NCBI RefSeq assembly: GCF_009914755.1
Contig: NC_060925.1
Length of the DNA stretch: 64,000 nucleotides
Direction: 5' to 3' (one strand)
Source of the DNA: the human T2T-CHM13v2.0 reference genome, Homo sapiens
Shown: positions 29,324 through 44,855 of the stretch, piece by piece
How positions within the stretch are numbered: position 1 is the stretch's first letter
Layout of the letters: every line of letters starts with the position of its first letter
Made by a program: the position numbers and the translations under genes
The notes under the pieces: generated by a model
The model's database searches: none
The model's input: only the letters and a program-made list of their open reading frames with translations
Told to the model about the DNA's origin: nothing

Positions 29324-29351
29324 GTAATTCAGTAAAATGAAAAGTGGTGTT

Positions 29352-34369
<5,018 letters not shown>

Positions 34370-35304
34370 GGTTTTGTATCTTTTGAAGTATATGGAATGA
34401 TTTGGGATTATTCTTGATGTTATGGCACTATTTGTATAATCTAAGAAATTTTTAAAAAGCATTTATTTGTGGCTTGAATTTTAAATTGAATTTTTAAAAA
34501 ATTTATTGAGGAAAATTTGAAATATACTCATAGAGAAACTAATGTCTTTGATATATAGCCCCAAGTTTTAACAGTTAATGTTTTTGTCAGTCTTTTTCAC
34601 CTTGATCTATTTTAATGCAATTCCAGATACCTCGTCATTTCACCTGTAAGTGCCTAAGTAAAGATCATGATTTTACATGATTTTCTTTGCATGATTTTTG
34701 CAGATTTTCTAAGTAGTTCCACTTTAGGATCCAAAAGTAAAACCGAATTATTAATGTTACAGAAGAATTACCTACCTAGCAGTGGATTTATCAAAGCATT
34801 CCTGTCTGGGAAGACCTGGGCTTCCCAGACAGGACTGAGGATCATCACACGGTGTTCAGCACATACCACCAGGGGCAGGTGCACCCTGGCTTCTGAAGTA
34901 GCACCTGAGAATCCCCTGTGTCTAGTACCTGCTTCATGAATAACATTCCATAGGCTTCGGAAAGACTGTGGTTTAGGCTCTAATTTATTCAACTTGAATA
35001 ATTTCTCCTTGAAATACTGAGAATAGCTTCTCTTTTGCTGTACAAATTCCGATTATCCCATAACACAGACTCCTCAGTTGGACTTATCTCTCTTCTTTAT
35101 TCAGTCAGGACAGGCATTGTCACATCTTTTCTGCTGGGGATGAGGGTGAAAGAGGCTTAGGGTTCAGAGGAACCTCCCTGGCCTCCTCTAGGAAAATCTC
35201 CCAATGACTTTCCAAACCTGACTGAGTTTGAGAACTTCCCTCAGCAGATAGAGGCACCGGAAGGAGCATTGGGGCAGCCCAGCCTCACACATCTGCTTCC
35301 TTGG

Positions 35305-35332
35305 GGATTATGTTATGACTTGTAACGCTGTG
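35305..35332 (-). promoter_or_regulatory. 12-bp-spacer recombination signal sequence of the Vkappa orphon (degenerate)
   Basis: Minus strand: heptamer CACAGCG (35332-35326; consensus CACAGTG), 12-nt spacer TTACAAGTCATA, nonamer ACATAATCC (consensus ACAAAAACC). Confidence 0.92.
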
Positions 35333-35809
35333 GGAGGGGTACTGTCACTCTGTTGACAGTAATAAGTTGCAAAATCTTCAGGCTGCAGGCTGCGGATGGT
35401 GAGAGTGTAGTCTGCCCCAGATCCACTGTCACTGAACCGAGAGGGAATCCCACTTTGCAGACTGGATGCAGCATAGATCAGGAGCTTAGGAGTTTTCCCT
35501 GGTTTCTGCTGATACCAATTTAAATTATTGCTAATGCCCTGACTCGCCCGGCAAGTGATGGTGACTCTGTCTCCTACAGATGCAGACAGGGAGGATGGAG
35601 ACTGGGTCATCTGGATGTCACATCTGGCACCTGAAGTTGGAAACATAAAAACAAATATTGTCGCAATTAATCATGTTATCAGAGGACTTCCCTGAAGTTC
35701 CAGACAGTACTGAGCACACTGACCGAGTATAATCCTAGTGTTCTCCTTCCTTACCTGGCAGCCAGAGCACCAGGAGCCCCAGGAGCTGAGTGGGGGCCCT
35801 CATGTCTGT
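35333..35809 (-). pseudogene. IGKV1OR1-1: Immunoglobulin kappa variable subgroup 1 orphon (Z-family type; IGKV1OR1-1-like). Leader exon 35803-35755, V exon 35630-35333
   Basis: Leader MRAPTQLLGLLVLWLP-G with GTAAG donor, ttcag acceptor, then [45 protein letters not shown]...[16 protein letters not shown] with both Cys and the Trp intact. The first leader ATG reads ACA. No J/C segments are nearby. The exact orphon name is inferred from the chr1 SRGAP2 neighbour and is not certain. Confidence 0.9.
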
Positions 35810-35854
35810 GCTGTGTCCTGACTGGGGCTGACTCCTGCACCGGGTGTGACCAGC

Positions 35855-35937
35855 CTATAAAAAGTCTTCAGGGCAGGGGGCTGTGCTCTAGGAACAGGCA
35901 AATCAGCAGGGGATGGGGCAGGCTGAGCACAGCTGCA
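35855..35937 (-). promoter_or_regulatory. Vkappa promoter with mutated octamer
   Basis: Minus strand: pentadecamer/E-box TGCAGCTGTGCTCAG (35937-35923), octamer ATTTGCCT instead of ATTTGCAT (35903-35896), and TATA-like TTTTTATA (~35863-35856). Confidence 0.85.
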
Positions 35938-38134
35938 GGGCTGGCTCATCTCAGTAACTCAGCACAGGGGCGCAGTATCCCCAGAGTCCCAGGTCAAACC
36001 AGGGCAGCACAGATTTACCTTGAAAGAATGCATTTCTCATTGGTGGCCATATGGTTACAGAACATATGTTTGGAGTGAATTTTCAAAATTTTAAATCAAC
36101 CTAAGACTAGATTAAATAATATATTTATACTTGTATTAGGAGTGTATAGGAAAGCATCATTTTTGGCAGAAAATTTACAATAAAGTTGTAGAATGTGGGG
36201 CTGTCAGAAATTTCAGTTAGTCTCAAAGGAATTTGATGAGTGTAAAAGTATTTAGTGCTATAATAACAATGTCAGTGTGAAATTGCTTCTTGTTTGAAAT
36301 GAATATAAAAAGAATTTATCAGAAGCATCTTTAATAAATTCAATAGAATTTACTAACAAACTTAAGACATTGTCCCTAGGAGTAAAAGGAAAAACAATTC
36401 TCTGAAGATGCACAAAGATGATAACTGTGTCACGCATAGATCTGCCATTATCCAGAGCTATGGGTCTCTTTAAGACCCAGGGGCTAAATGGGCTGCACCT
36501 TATTCTTGGTGTGATGATCCCCATATTCTATCCCCTTTCCTGCCTTTGGTATAATTTCTTATGGTTCTCCAGCATGGAGAGCTGACTAGTAATACCAGGT
36601 CTCATTATTTCAACTAAAATCTCTGTTTCACTCGCTGACTATAGGAGCCTGGATTAAAATCAACTTGAAGCCCTGTATCAATCTAGGCCCAAATAGTCAA
36701 TTGTTTCAAAGTAGGATGACAAAGGCCACATCCCCTGAGTAATGCTCTGAGCTGCGCTCCCCACCAGCCTGTTCCTGGGGTCTCAGGAGCATCTGCCCTA
36801 GAGTCTGGCTTTCTGGAGAGCAGGTGAGGGGGAAAAGCCAGGTCAGTGAGCCTCTCTCCTTAGCGAGGGCAGCTGCTGCACAAGGCATGTTCTTGCCATG
36901 CACCAGGGCATCATCCTGACCCAGATGCCAGCCACCCTGTCTCACATGCATTTAGAGAGAATCTCCATCCTCTGCCAAGACACTGCCCATGTAGATGAAA
37001 AAGTGTTTTGCATCCAAACATATCTTAAGCACTGATTTGAACCTCAATACTTCACACAGATGCCTTTGCCCAGGGCGTGTCGGCCTGGCTCAACAGCAGG
37101 GGAAGTGGAGCCAATTACATCAGTGTCAGTGGACTGAGAAATACTCCAGGGAGTAGTTCTCATGCACGACTACGCATGGCCAGACCAAGGTAGTGCAGCC
37201 TATGCACAAACCTCCTCCTGCTTTTCCAGAGGACTGGATTTCTGGGAAATGGCTACCAAACAGGCTGCCAGGATCCATATATCCAGATTCAGAGAGATAC
37301 ATCTCTGGATTCAAATGCACTTTTTCTTTGTGCATAATTTTAGCAGTCATTGTTACTATGCCTTGGGGATTCTAGACATTATACTTCAGCTGACTCTCTA
37401 TGGCCCTTTCTCCCCTTCACTGCTCTATCTGAACCTGGGGAAGCAGCTCAGGCTGCAAATGAGGCAGACCTCATGGCCTGGAATTAGCATCCCCTAGGAC
37501 GGTTGTCAATCAGTGATGACAAGGGAGGTGTACACATCCCCCAGCTCCCTCACCTCTCAGGTGGAATAACAGAGGCATTTTTCCTGTGTTTCTATGTGGG
37601 CTTGAGCGCTCGTCATCCTCAGAGGTGGCTCCTTCTGAGGCACTTTTCACTTTCCCTTTCCCTCCTCCCCTCCCTTGCTCACTTGCTTGTTTCCCGCACT
37701 TTGTAAATATACTGCCTGCATGCGAATCTTTGGCATCCTTCTCACTGAGGGGACCCAACCTAATGCATTGGAAAAATCCTCATTCTTGGAGGGCATCGTT
37801 GGTTTGAATTATTGCCACTTCTCATGTTTTAATGCCTAGGGAAATTCCAAAAATTTAGGAAATCTTTAAATTCCCTTTGCCAATCTTTCTTAGATTTGAT
37901 TTTAGCAGAGATTCGTTTTCTCTAGGTCACAAAATCACAGAAGCCTTCCACAAATGGCTACACAATATAGAGTCCACATAGAGCAGAGGCTCAGAATCTC
38001 CCAGGATTTGACATCCACACATCAGACAGTCCTAGAGTCTCATGTTTTTTCTAGGTCGATCGCCTCATAAATCTGCCTTGTGATATTTTTATTCTACCTT
38101 AGGGGAAGGCCATTGTGTGGATGATGAGAGTTGT

Positions 38135-38596
38135 TTGTGGAATGAATAATACACCCACTAAAGACATCATTGTCCTAATATCTGGAATCTATGATCATTA
38201 CTTATGAACAAGTCAAAAATAACTTGGCAGACATGGTTGAGAATTTTGAGGTCAGGAGAATATCCTGAATTATCTGGGTGAGACCATCATAATCACAAGG
38301 GTCCTTACAATAGGGAGGGAGGAAGGTAACAGCCAGAGAGGACCTGGGACAATGGACAGGGAAACTGGAGTGATGGAGGAAGGGGCCATGCTGCTAGGAA
38401 TGTGGGAACATCAGAAAGATGGAATGCTCGACATTGGATTCTCTCTCTTGAAGCCTAGAATGAATAGAGCCCTATTACTCCTTGATTTTACTTCATTGAG
38501 ACTTCTGACCTCCAGAAATGTAAGATAATACACTTGTGTGATGTGGAGCAGTAAAGTTGTGGTAATTTGTTACAGCAGCAACAGGAAACCAATGCA
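38135..38596 (+). mobile_element. MaLR LTR (MLT1-like)
   Basis: tgtggaatgaataat...cctaatatctggaatcta...gacttctgacctccagaa...ttgttacagcagcaacaggaaaccaat motifs. Confidence 0.8.
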
Positions 38597-38898
38597 AGGG
38601 GAAGGGGTGTGTTTTACTTCCCTAGTGTATCACTGTCCTCTGTTCTCCCAAGTAGTTCTGTGTTTTTGTGTTTGCTGTCAATTTCAACAAGAGACAGAAA
38701 ACATTTTTCTATGAGGAGAGCTAGTACCACAATTCTTCTTACGTAGAAAGTGTCTTGAGTAATTCTCTGGGTTAGGTCTTGTACAATCTTGGTATCTGAG
38801 AGCCTGGAGGTCATCTCTCACAGCACATGAGAAGAGGAAGGGGATGCGGGTTTGCTGTTTTAACATTCATAGGGCAAATTGGATGTACAAGACCCATT

Positions 38899-39249
38899 CT
38901 TTTTATTATTATTATTATTGTTAAGTTCTAGGTTACATGTGCACAACATGCAGGTTTGTTACATATGTATACATGTGCCATGTTGGTGCGCTGCACCCAT
39001 TAACTCGTCATTTACATTAGGTATATCTCCTAATGCTATCCCTCCCCCCTCCCCACACCCCACAACAGTCCCCGGTGTGTGATATTCCCCTTCCTGTGTC
39101 CAAGTGTTCTCATTGTTCAATTCCCACCTATGAGTGAGAACATGCAGTGATTGGTTTTTTGTCCTTGCGATAGTTTGCTGAGAATGATGGTTTCCAGCTT
39201 CATCCATGTCCCTACAAAGGACATGAACTCATCCTTTTTCATGGCTGCA
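38899..39249 (-). mobile_element. 5'-truncated L1PA 3' end
   Basis: ttattattattgttaagttctaggttacatgtgcacaacatgcagg...catccatgtccctacaaaggacatgaactcatcctttttcatggctgca is the primate L1 3' UTR. Confidence 0.95.
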
Positions 39250-40019
39250 AGCGAGGACTGAGTCAGAGAGATGGGGATGGCAGAGGAGACAAAATGTGGT
39301 CAGGGCCGTGTAAGATGTGACCCTGCTGCCATATCTGAAAGAAAGGCTGTTGGTGTTTGTAAAGGCTTTGGGCAAATTGTGCTTTGTAGACAAAACTGTA
39401 GAAGGGTCTGGGTTTAAGCTTAGTGTCAGCGTGATGAGGACTAGAGGTCGTAGTGAGCTTGTGTTAAGAAATCCACCCTGCACTTCTGGCTTTGTCTCTT
39501 TTCTGGTTTTATAGGTGGTGGGTCCCTCTATGGAATGAACGTGGCTCTGTGGAAGGAACATAAGTTAAGGTCAGACAGACCTAGATTCCAATTTCAGCTT
39601 CGACAACTGCTGACCAAGTGACTTTTATGCAAATCAGCCATGTGCTGTCATGAACAGTTTCCTCATGTGTGAAATGGGGCACTGAGGATGTGAAGGGGTG
39701 TCCTGAGGGTTCCACCAGCTGATGCACCATGAAGTGTACATCCATGTATAGACAGACACACACACATACATGAGAAGAGTATCTAGTGCCTCTTTTATGC
39801 ATTCTTGAGTAACTCAGAATGTTATGTGAGATATTAACAGTCATATGTCATTTTCAACTAAAATTATCAGTATTTATCTTATAACTAACAGATGCTTCTC
39901 TGTACACTGTAGGTTTCATGTACATTTCTTCAATCACAAAATTTTTCACCAATCTATTTACGTCTAGTATCAGAAAGTTAAGCAAGGAGATTGCAAACCA
40001 ACACAACACCTTTAGTCTG

Positions 40020-40505
40020 GATTTTCCTGGAGCCCATTTGTGTTAGTGTCCTCGGGCTACTGTAACAAGTTCTCAAAAATGTGGTAGCTTCAAACAACAG
40101 GAATGGAATCTCTCATAGTTCAGAAGTCCAGATCAGTTTCACTGGGCTAAGATCTTGGAGTCATCAGTTCTGGCTCCTTCTGAAGCTCTAGGGAGCAGTC
40201 TGATTTAGCTCTTCCAGCTTCTGGTGGCTTCTCTCTCCCGGGATGTGGACACATCACTGCAATCTCTGTCTCTGTGTTCACACTGCCTTCTCCACTTCAG
40301 TCTATGCTAAATGTCTCTCTACCTCTTGTTTTTTTTAGGACACTTGAGTTTGCATTTAAGTCCCAGTTGATTAATCTAAGACCATCTCCCTGTTTCAAGC
40401 TCCTTAATTTACACCTGCAAAAGCTGTTTTCCCAAATGAGATACATGCATAGTCTTCATGGAATGAAACCTCACTATTTGGGGATGATACTCAGTACTAC
40501 ACCAT
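40020..40505 (-). mobile_element. MaLR LTR (MLT1-like)
   Basis: tgtgttagt...gggctactgtaacaa...gtagcttcaaacaacaggaa...ctctcatagttc...agtccagatca motifs. Confidence 0.7.
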
Positions 40506-40544
40506 TACATAACCAGGTCTCAGTGTTAGTCCTGTACATACATC

Positions 40545-40548
<4 letters not shown>

Positions 40549-40591
<43 letters not shown>
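40549..40591. repeat. (TC)n microsatellite
   Basis: About 21 perfect TC units. Confidence 0.95.
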
Positions 40592-40593
<2 letters not shown>

Positions 40594-40661
40594 GTCCACA
40601 CACCCTGGCTTCCTCCTTTTCTCAATGTCATAAATCTCTTCAATTCCTTAAGTGTATCCAG

Positions 40662-41516
40662 TGATACCTATAAACAAATAAGTATCTGAGAAAAGTCTCA
40701 ATCAGTTTAGAAATTTACTTGGTCAAAGTTAAAGAAATATCAGTGAAACAGCCTCAGGAGGTCTTGAGAACGTGTGTCAAAGGTCGTCGGGCTACAGGTT
40801 GGTTTTACACGTTTTAGGGAGACATAAGATATCAATCAATACGTGTAAGCTGTACATTGCTTTGACATGAAAAGGCAGGACAGCCCGAAGGAGGGGGGAT
40901 GTTGGGGACTTCCAGGTTATAGGTGGATTCAAAGATTTCATAGGTGGTTGAAAGAGTTTATCTAATGACCTGTAATCAACACAAGGGAGTTTCTGGGTTT
41001 AGAAAAAGGGTTTTGGAGCCAAGGTTGCATCATGCAGATGGAGCCTCCAGGTAGCAGGCTTCAGAGAGAATAGATTGTAATTGTTTCTTAGTAGACTTAA
41101 AAGGTGCCAAACTCTTAGTTAAATCTCTCTGGGTCAGGAAAGAGACTTAAAAAGGAGTCTCTACAGAATGTAGATTTTTCCCACAAGAACCAGCTTTGCA
41201 GAGGCATTTTTCAATACATTAAATAACAATATCTTGGGGAAAATACTTTGATTTCTCTTAGGACGTGGTATCTGTCACATTGGTATCTTATTGCTATAAA
41301 GAGTTTTCTTTGTCAGTCTCAAGGTCTCTGTCTTCATATTAAAAGCTGGTCAGTTGTGCCTGAATTTTAAAGGGAAGAGGGTAAGTTAAGGCATATCCAA
41401 TCATCCGTTCCGATCATGGGCTGCATTGTATTTCAGGTTGATTTTGGTGTGTGCTTGGCTGAGAGGAGGAGTTCATTCAGTTGGTTAGGGAGCTTAGAGT
41501 TTCATTTTTGGTTTAC
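40662..41516 (-). mobile_element. ERV1 solo LTR (MER4-family-like)
   Basis: tatctgagaaaagtctcaatcagtttagaaattta...cagcctcaggaggtc...ttagggagacataaga...agtttcatttttggtttaca; TG...CA termini. Confidence 0.75.
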
Positions 41517-43115
41517 ACACCTATGTCCAGGTAAGAGGGCCCCACACAGGAGGGCTTGCTCAGAACCTGGCTTGCAGGGCTGCTTACAGACCTTCTATGT
41601 CTCCTGTTGTCATGCACAAGGAAGGACACAGCCAATGACAACCCTCAGCCATCCGGGGAGAAGCTGTGTCTGCAGAGGACGGTCATGAGCTGTGAGTCTA
41701 GAGACCTGTGATTGTCTTCAGGGGCCTGTGGTCCTCGGCTTTCGTAGGAGTTGTGGGGGCACTGGCTCAAATAGCATCCACCAGGATTCTAATCAGAATA
41801 TCTCATTCACAGAAGGCAGTGGGTGATATGACAGCACAGAGGGACTCTGTGGGTCCAGCTGCATGGAGCACTCTGGGAGAGTCACTGGCACCCGTGCTAG
41901 ACAGAGCTTCATTCAAGTTCTGGAGCACACGGATTTAGATCTCTTTACATCATTTTGAAAGACCATTTATCATTCTGAAGGAAACCCCTGTAATTAACTA
42001 AGGTAACATCTTTAATAGGTAGAAAGAAAAAACTGATTATTTTATTGCCAAGATGATTACAAGAAAAGAAAGAAACAAAAATAGCACGAAGGAAAGAGCA
42101 ACACTAGACTGAGGGCTTTGGGTAAGAGGTTGAGACTTAGTAGTGAATGCCCTGGGCCATCTTCTGTCAAAAGGGAGGGACAATCAGCAAAGGGAAATAT
42201 GCAGTAGAGGCAAAATCTTGGTTAGTAAAAGAATCCTAAGAGAAAACAAGAAGTCTCCTTCCTGAGCATCATGTTGGTGTCGGGAAGATGCACATAATCC
42301 CCCCATTGCATGTCTTACAGTTTTCAGCAATTAGGGCTCAGCACGAATTTAGAAGACACCATTCACTTCACAGCAGATGGGGACACAGTCAAGGCAGCGG
42401 TGAGAGGCAAGGCTGGGCTTTCAGTCTCAGAGCACAGAGCAGGTTCCCCACTACTCCGCACCCTTGTGTCTCCTCCCAGATGTTCCACCTCATTCTTGGC
42501 TTAAGGGCTCCAAGTTGTTAATGGGACAGTAGCCCTCTTCCTTTCCCAGGGTTTCTAAGAATTTGGCTCTCTTTTGTGTATTGCGGGGTTTGTTTGCCAT
42601 CTAGAGGCAGGTTTTTGGCATAGCAACTTATAGGCTTTTTCTACTTGTGATAGCGAAAATAAATACATAAATAAATTCATCATAAGTAATAAATTGACTT
42701 AATGCATTGAATCTGTAAAAAAAAAAAAAAGGTCAGTTTGAGAGCTTAAAAGGAGCCTGATGAGGTTAAAAAGACAAATTACCTTTAGTAAAGGGCAGTT
42801 GGAGCAATAGATGATTCTTTCTTTAATCAATGACATTTTAGGAGTAATTATCAAATGGTAAATAAAACTTGAAATAAGCTGATACACTATAATTTTATAT
42901 GAAAAAAATATTTCCAAGAACCATACAAATACATTTTCAGATTAAAACAAACAAAAATGTGGGTTTATCATCAGATCCGCTAAATGGAAGATTTCTCAAA
43001 TGTGTGCTTGGAGCAAAAATAACACTTATCCCTATTTGAAAGTTCAAGATTTTTGAGCTTTCGAAGAAAACAGCTTTCCCTTCACTCTGTTCCACTCACA
43101 CTTCTGAGGATGGCC

Positions 43116-44855
43116 ATGGGGCAAAAAGCCGCGGCGGGCATAAACCCGAGGCGGCGGGGGGGGGGGGCAAAAAGCCGCGGCGGGGAAAAAGCCGTGGTGG
43201 CAGGGGGCAAACAGCCGCGGCCCTGGTGGGGCAAAAAGCCGAGACGCGCAAAAAGCTGCGGTGGCGGAGGCAAAAAGCGGTGGGAGCAAAAAACCATATA
43301 ACGTCGCGGCGGCGGGGGGCAAATAGCCGCGGCGGCGGGGGCAAAAAGGTGCAAAAAGCAGTGGTGGCGCGGGCAAAAAGCCACGGCGGCGGGGGCACAA
43401 AGACGCAAAAAGCCGCGGCGGCGGGGGCACAAAGACGCAAAAAGCCGCGGCGGCGGGGGGGGGGGGGGTGGGGGAGGGGCGACAAAAAGCCGCGTCCGCA
43501 GGGGGGAAAAATCCGGGGGGGCAGGGGGGCAAAAAGTCGCGGCGGCGGGGGGCAAAAAGCTGTGGCAGCGAGGAGGCAAAAGCCGTGGGGGGCGAAAAGC
43601 CGCGGCGGGCAAAAAGCCGCGGCGGCGGCCGGGGGGCAAAAAGCCGCGGCGGCAAAAAGCCACGGCGGCGGGGGGGGGCAAAAAGCCGGGTCGGGCAAAA
43701 AGCCGCGTCGGCGGGGGGGAAAAAGCCGCGGCGGCAAAAAGCCGGGTCGGGCAAAAAGCCGCGGAGGCAAAAAAAGCCGCGGTGGCAGGGGGCAAAAAGC
43801 CGCGGCGGGCAGAAAGTCCTGGGGGCGGGGGGCAAAAAGCCACGGCCGGCAAAAAACCGCGGCGGCAGGGGGCAAAAAGCCGGGTCTGGCAAAAAGCCGT
43901 GGAGGCAAAAAGCCGCGGTGGGCAGAAAGCCATGGCGGCGGGGTGCAAAAAGCCGCAGCGGGCAGAAAGCCGCGGCGGGGGGGCAAAAAGCCTCGGCCGC
44001 GTGGGGGCAAAAAACCCGCGGCGGGGGGGCAAAAAGCCGCGGCCCGCAAAAAGCAGCGGCGGCGGGGGTGCAAAAAGCCGCTGCGGGCAAATAAGTGCGG
44101 CACCGGCGGGGGGGGTAAAAGGCCGGGTCGGGCAAAAAGCCACGGCGGCGGGGGTGCAAAAAGCCACAGCGGCGCGGGGGAAAAAGCCGTGGCGGGCAGA
44201 AAGGCGCGGCGGCGCGGGGGAAAAAGCCGTGGCGGGCAGAAAGGCGCGGCGGCGTGGGGGAAAAAGCCGCGGCGTTGGGGGCAAAAAGCCGCGGTGGCGG
44301 GGGGGCAAAAAGCTGCGGTGGCGGGGGGGCAAAAAGCCGTGACCGGCAAAAAGCCGTGGTGGCGGGGAACAAAAAGCCGCGGCGGCGGGGGCGGGCAAAA
44401 AGCCGGGGCGGGCAAAACCCCGAGGCGCCGTGGGGGCAAAAAGCCGGGGCGGGCAAAAAGCCGGGGCGGGCAAAAACCCGCGGCGGCGGTGGGGCAAAAA
44501 GCTGGAGCGGGTAAAAAGCCGCGGCAACAAAAAGCCGCGGCGGCGGGGGCGCAAAAAGCCGCGGTGGGCATAAACCCGAGGCGGCGGGGGGGGGGGGGTG
44601 CAAAAAACCGCCGTGGGGAAAAAGCCGCGGCGGTGGGGGGCAAAATCCCGCGGCGGGCAAAAAGCCGCGGCGGCGAGGGGGGTCACAACAAAGCCGCGGC
44701 GGGCAAAAAGCCGCGGCGGCAGTGGGGCAAAAAGCCACGGCGGCGGGGGGTAAAAAGCCGCGGCGGTCAAAAAGCCGAGGCGGGGTGGGGGGGGGGGGGG
44801 GGGGGAAGCCGCGGCGGCGGGGGGCGAAAAGCCACGGCGGTGGGGGGCAAAATAG
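43116..44855 (+). repeat. GC/CpG-rich CAAAAAGCCGCGGCGG(G)n interspersed pericentromeric repeat (CAAAAAGCGGG-type)
   Basis: Dozens of ~16-24 bp units, each with an A4-6 tract followed by GCCGCGGCGG and G runs; sharp edges against AT-rich flanks. Confidence 0.95.

Noticed and set aside
38959-39207. 82-aa ORF MDEAGNHHSQQT...
   Set aside because: Out-of-frame translation of the L1 ORF2 end and 3' UTR.
41520-42600. Possible second Vkappa relic upstream of the orphon
   Set aside because: Looks like IGK-locus intergenic or flanking DNA, but I could not find a V-exon frame, leader or RSS.
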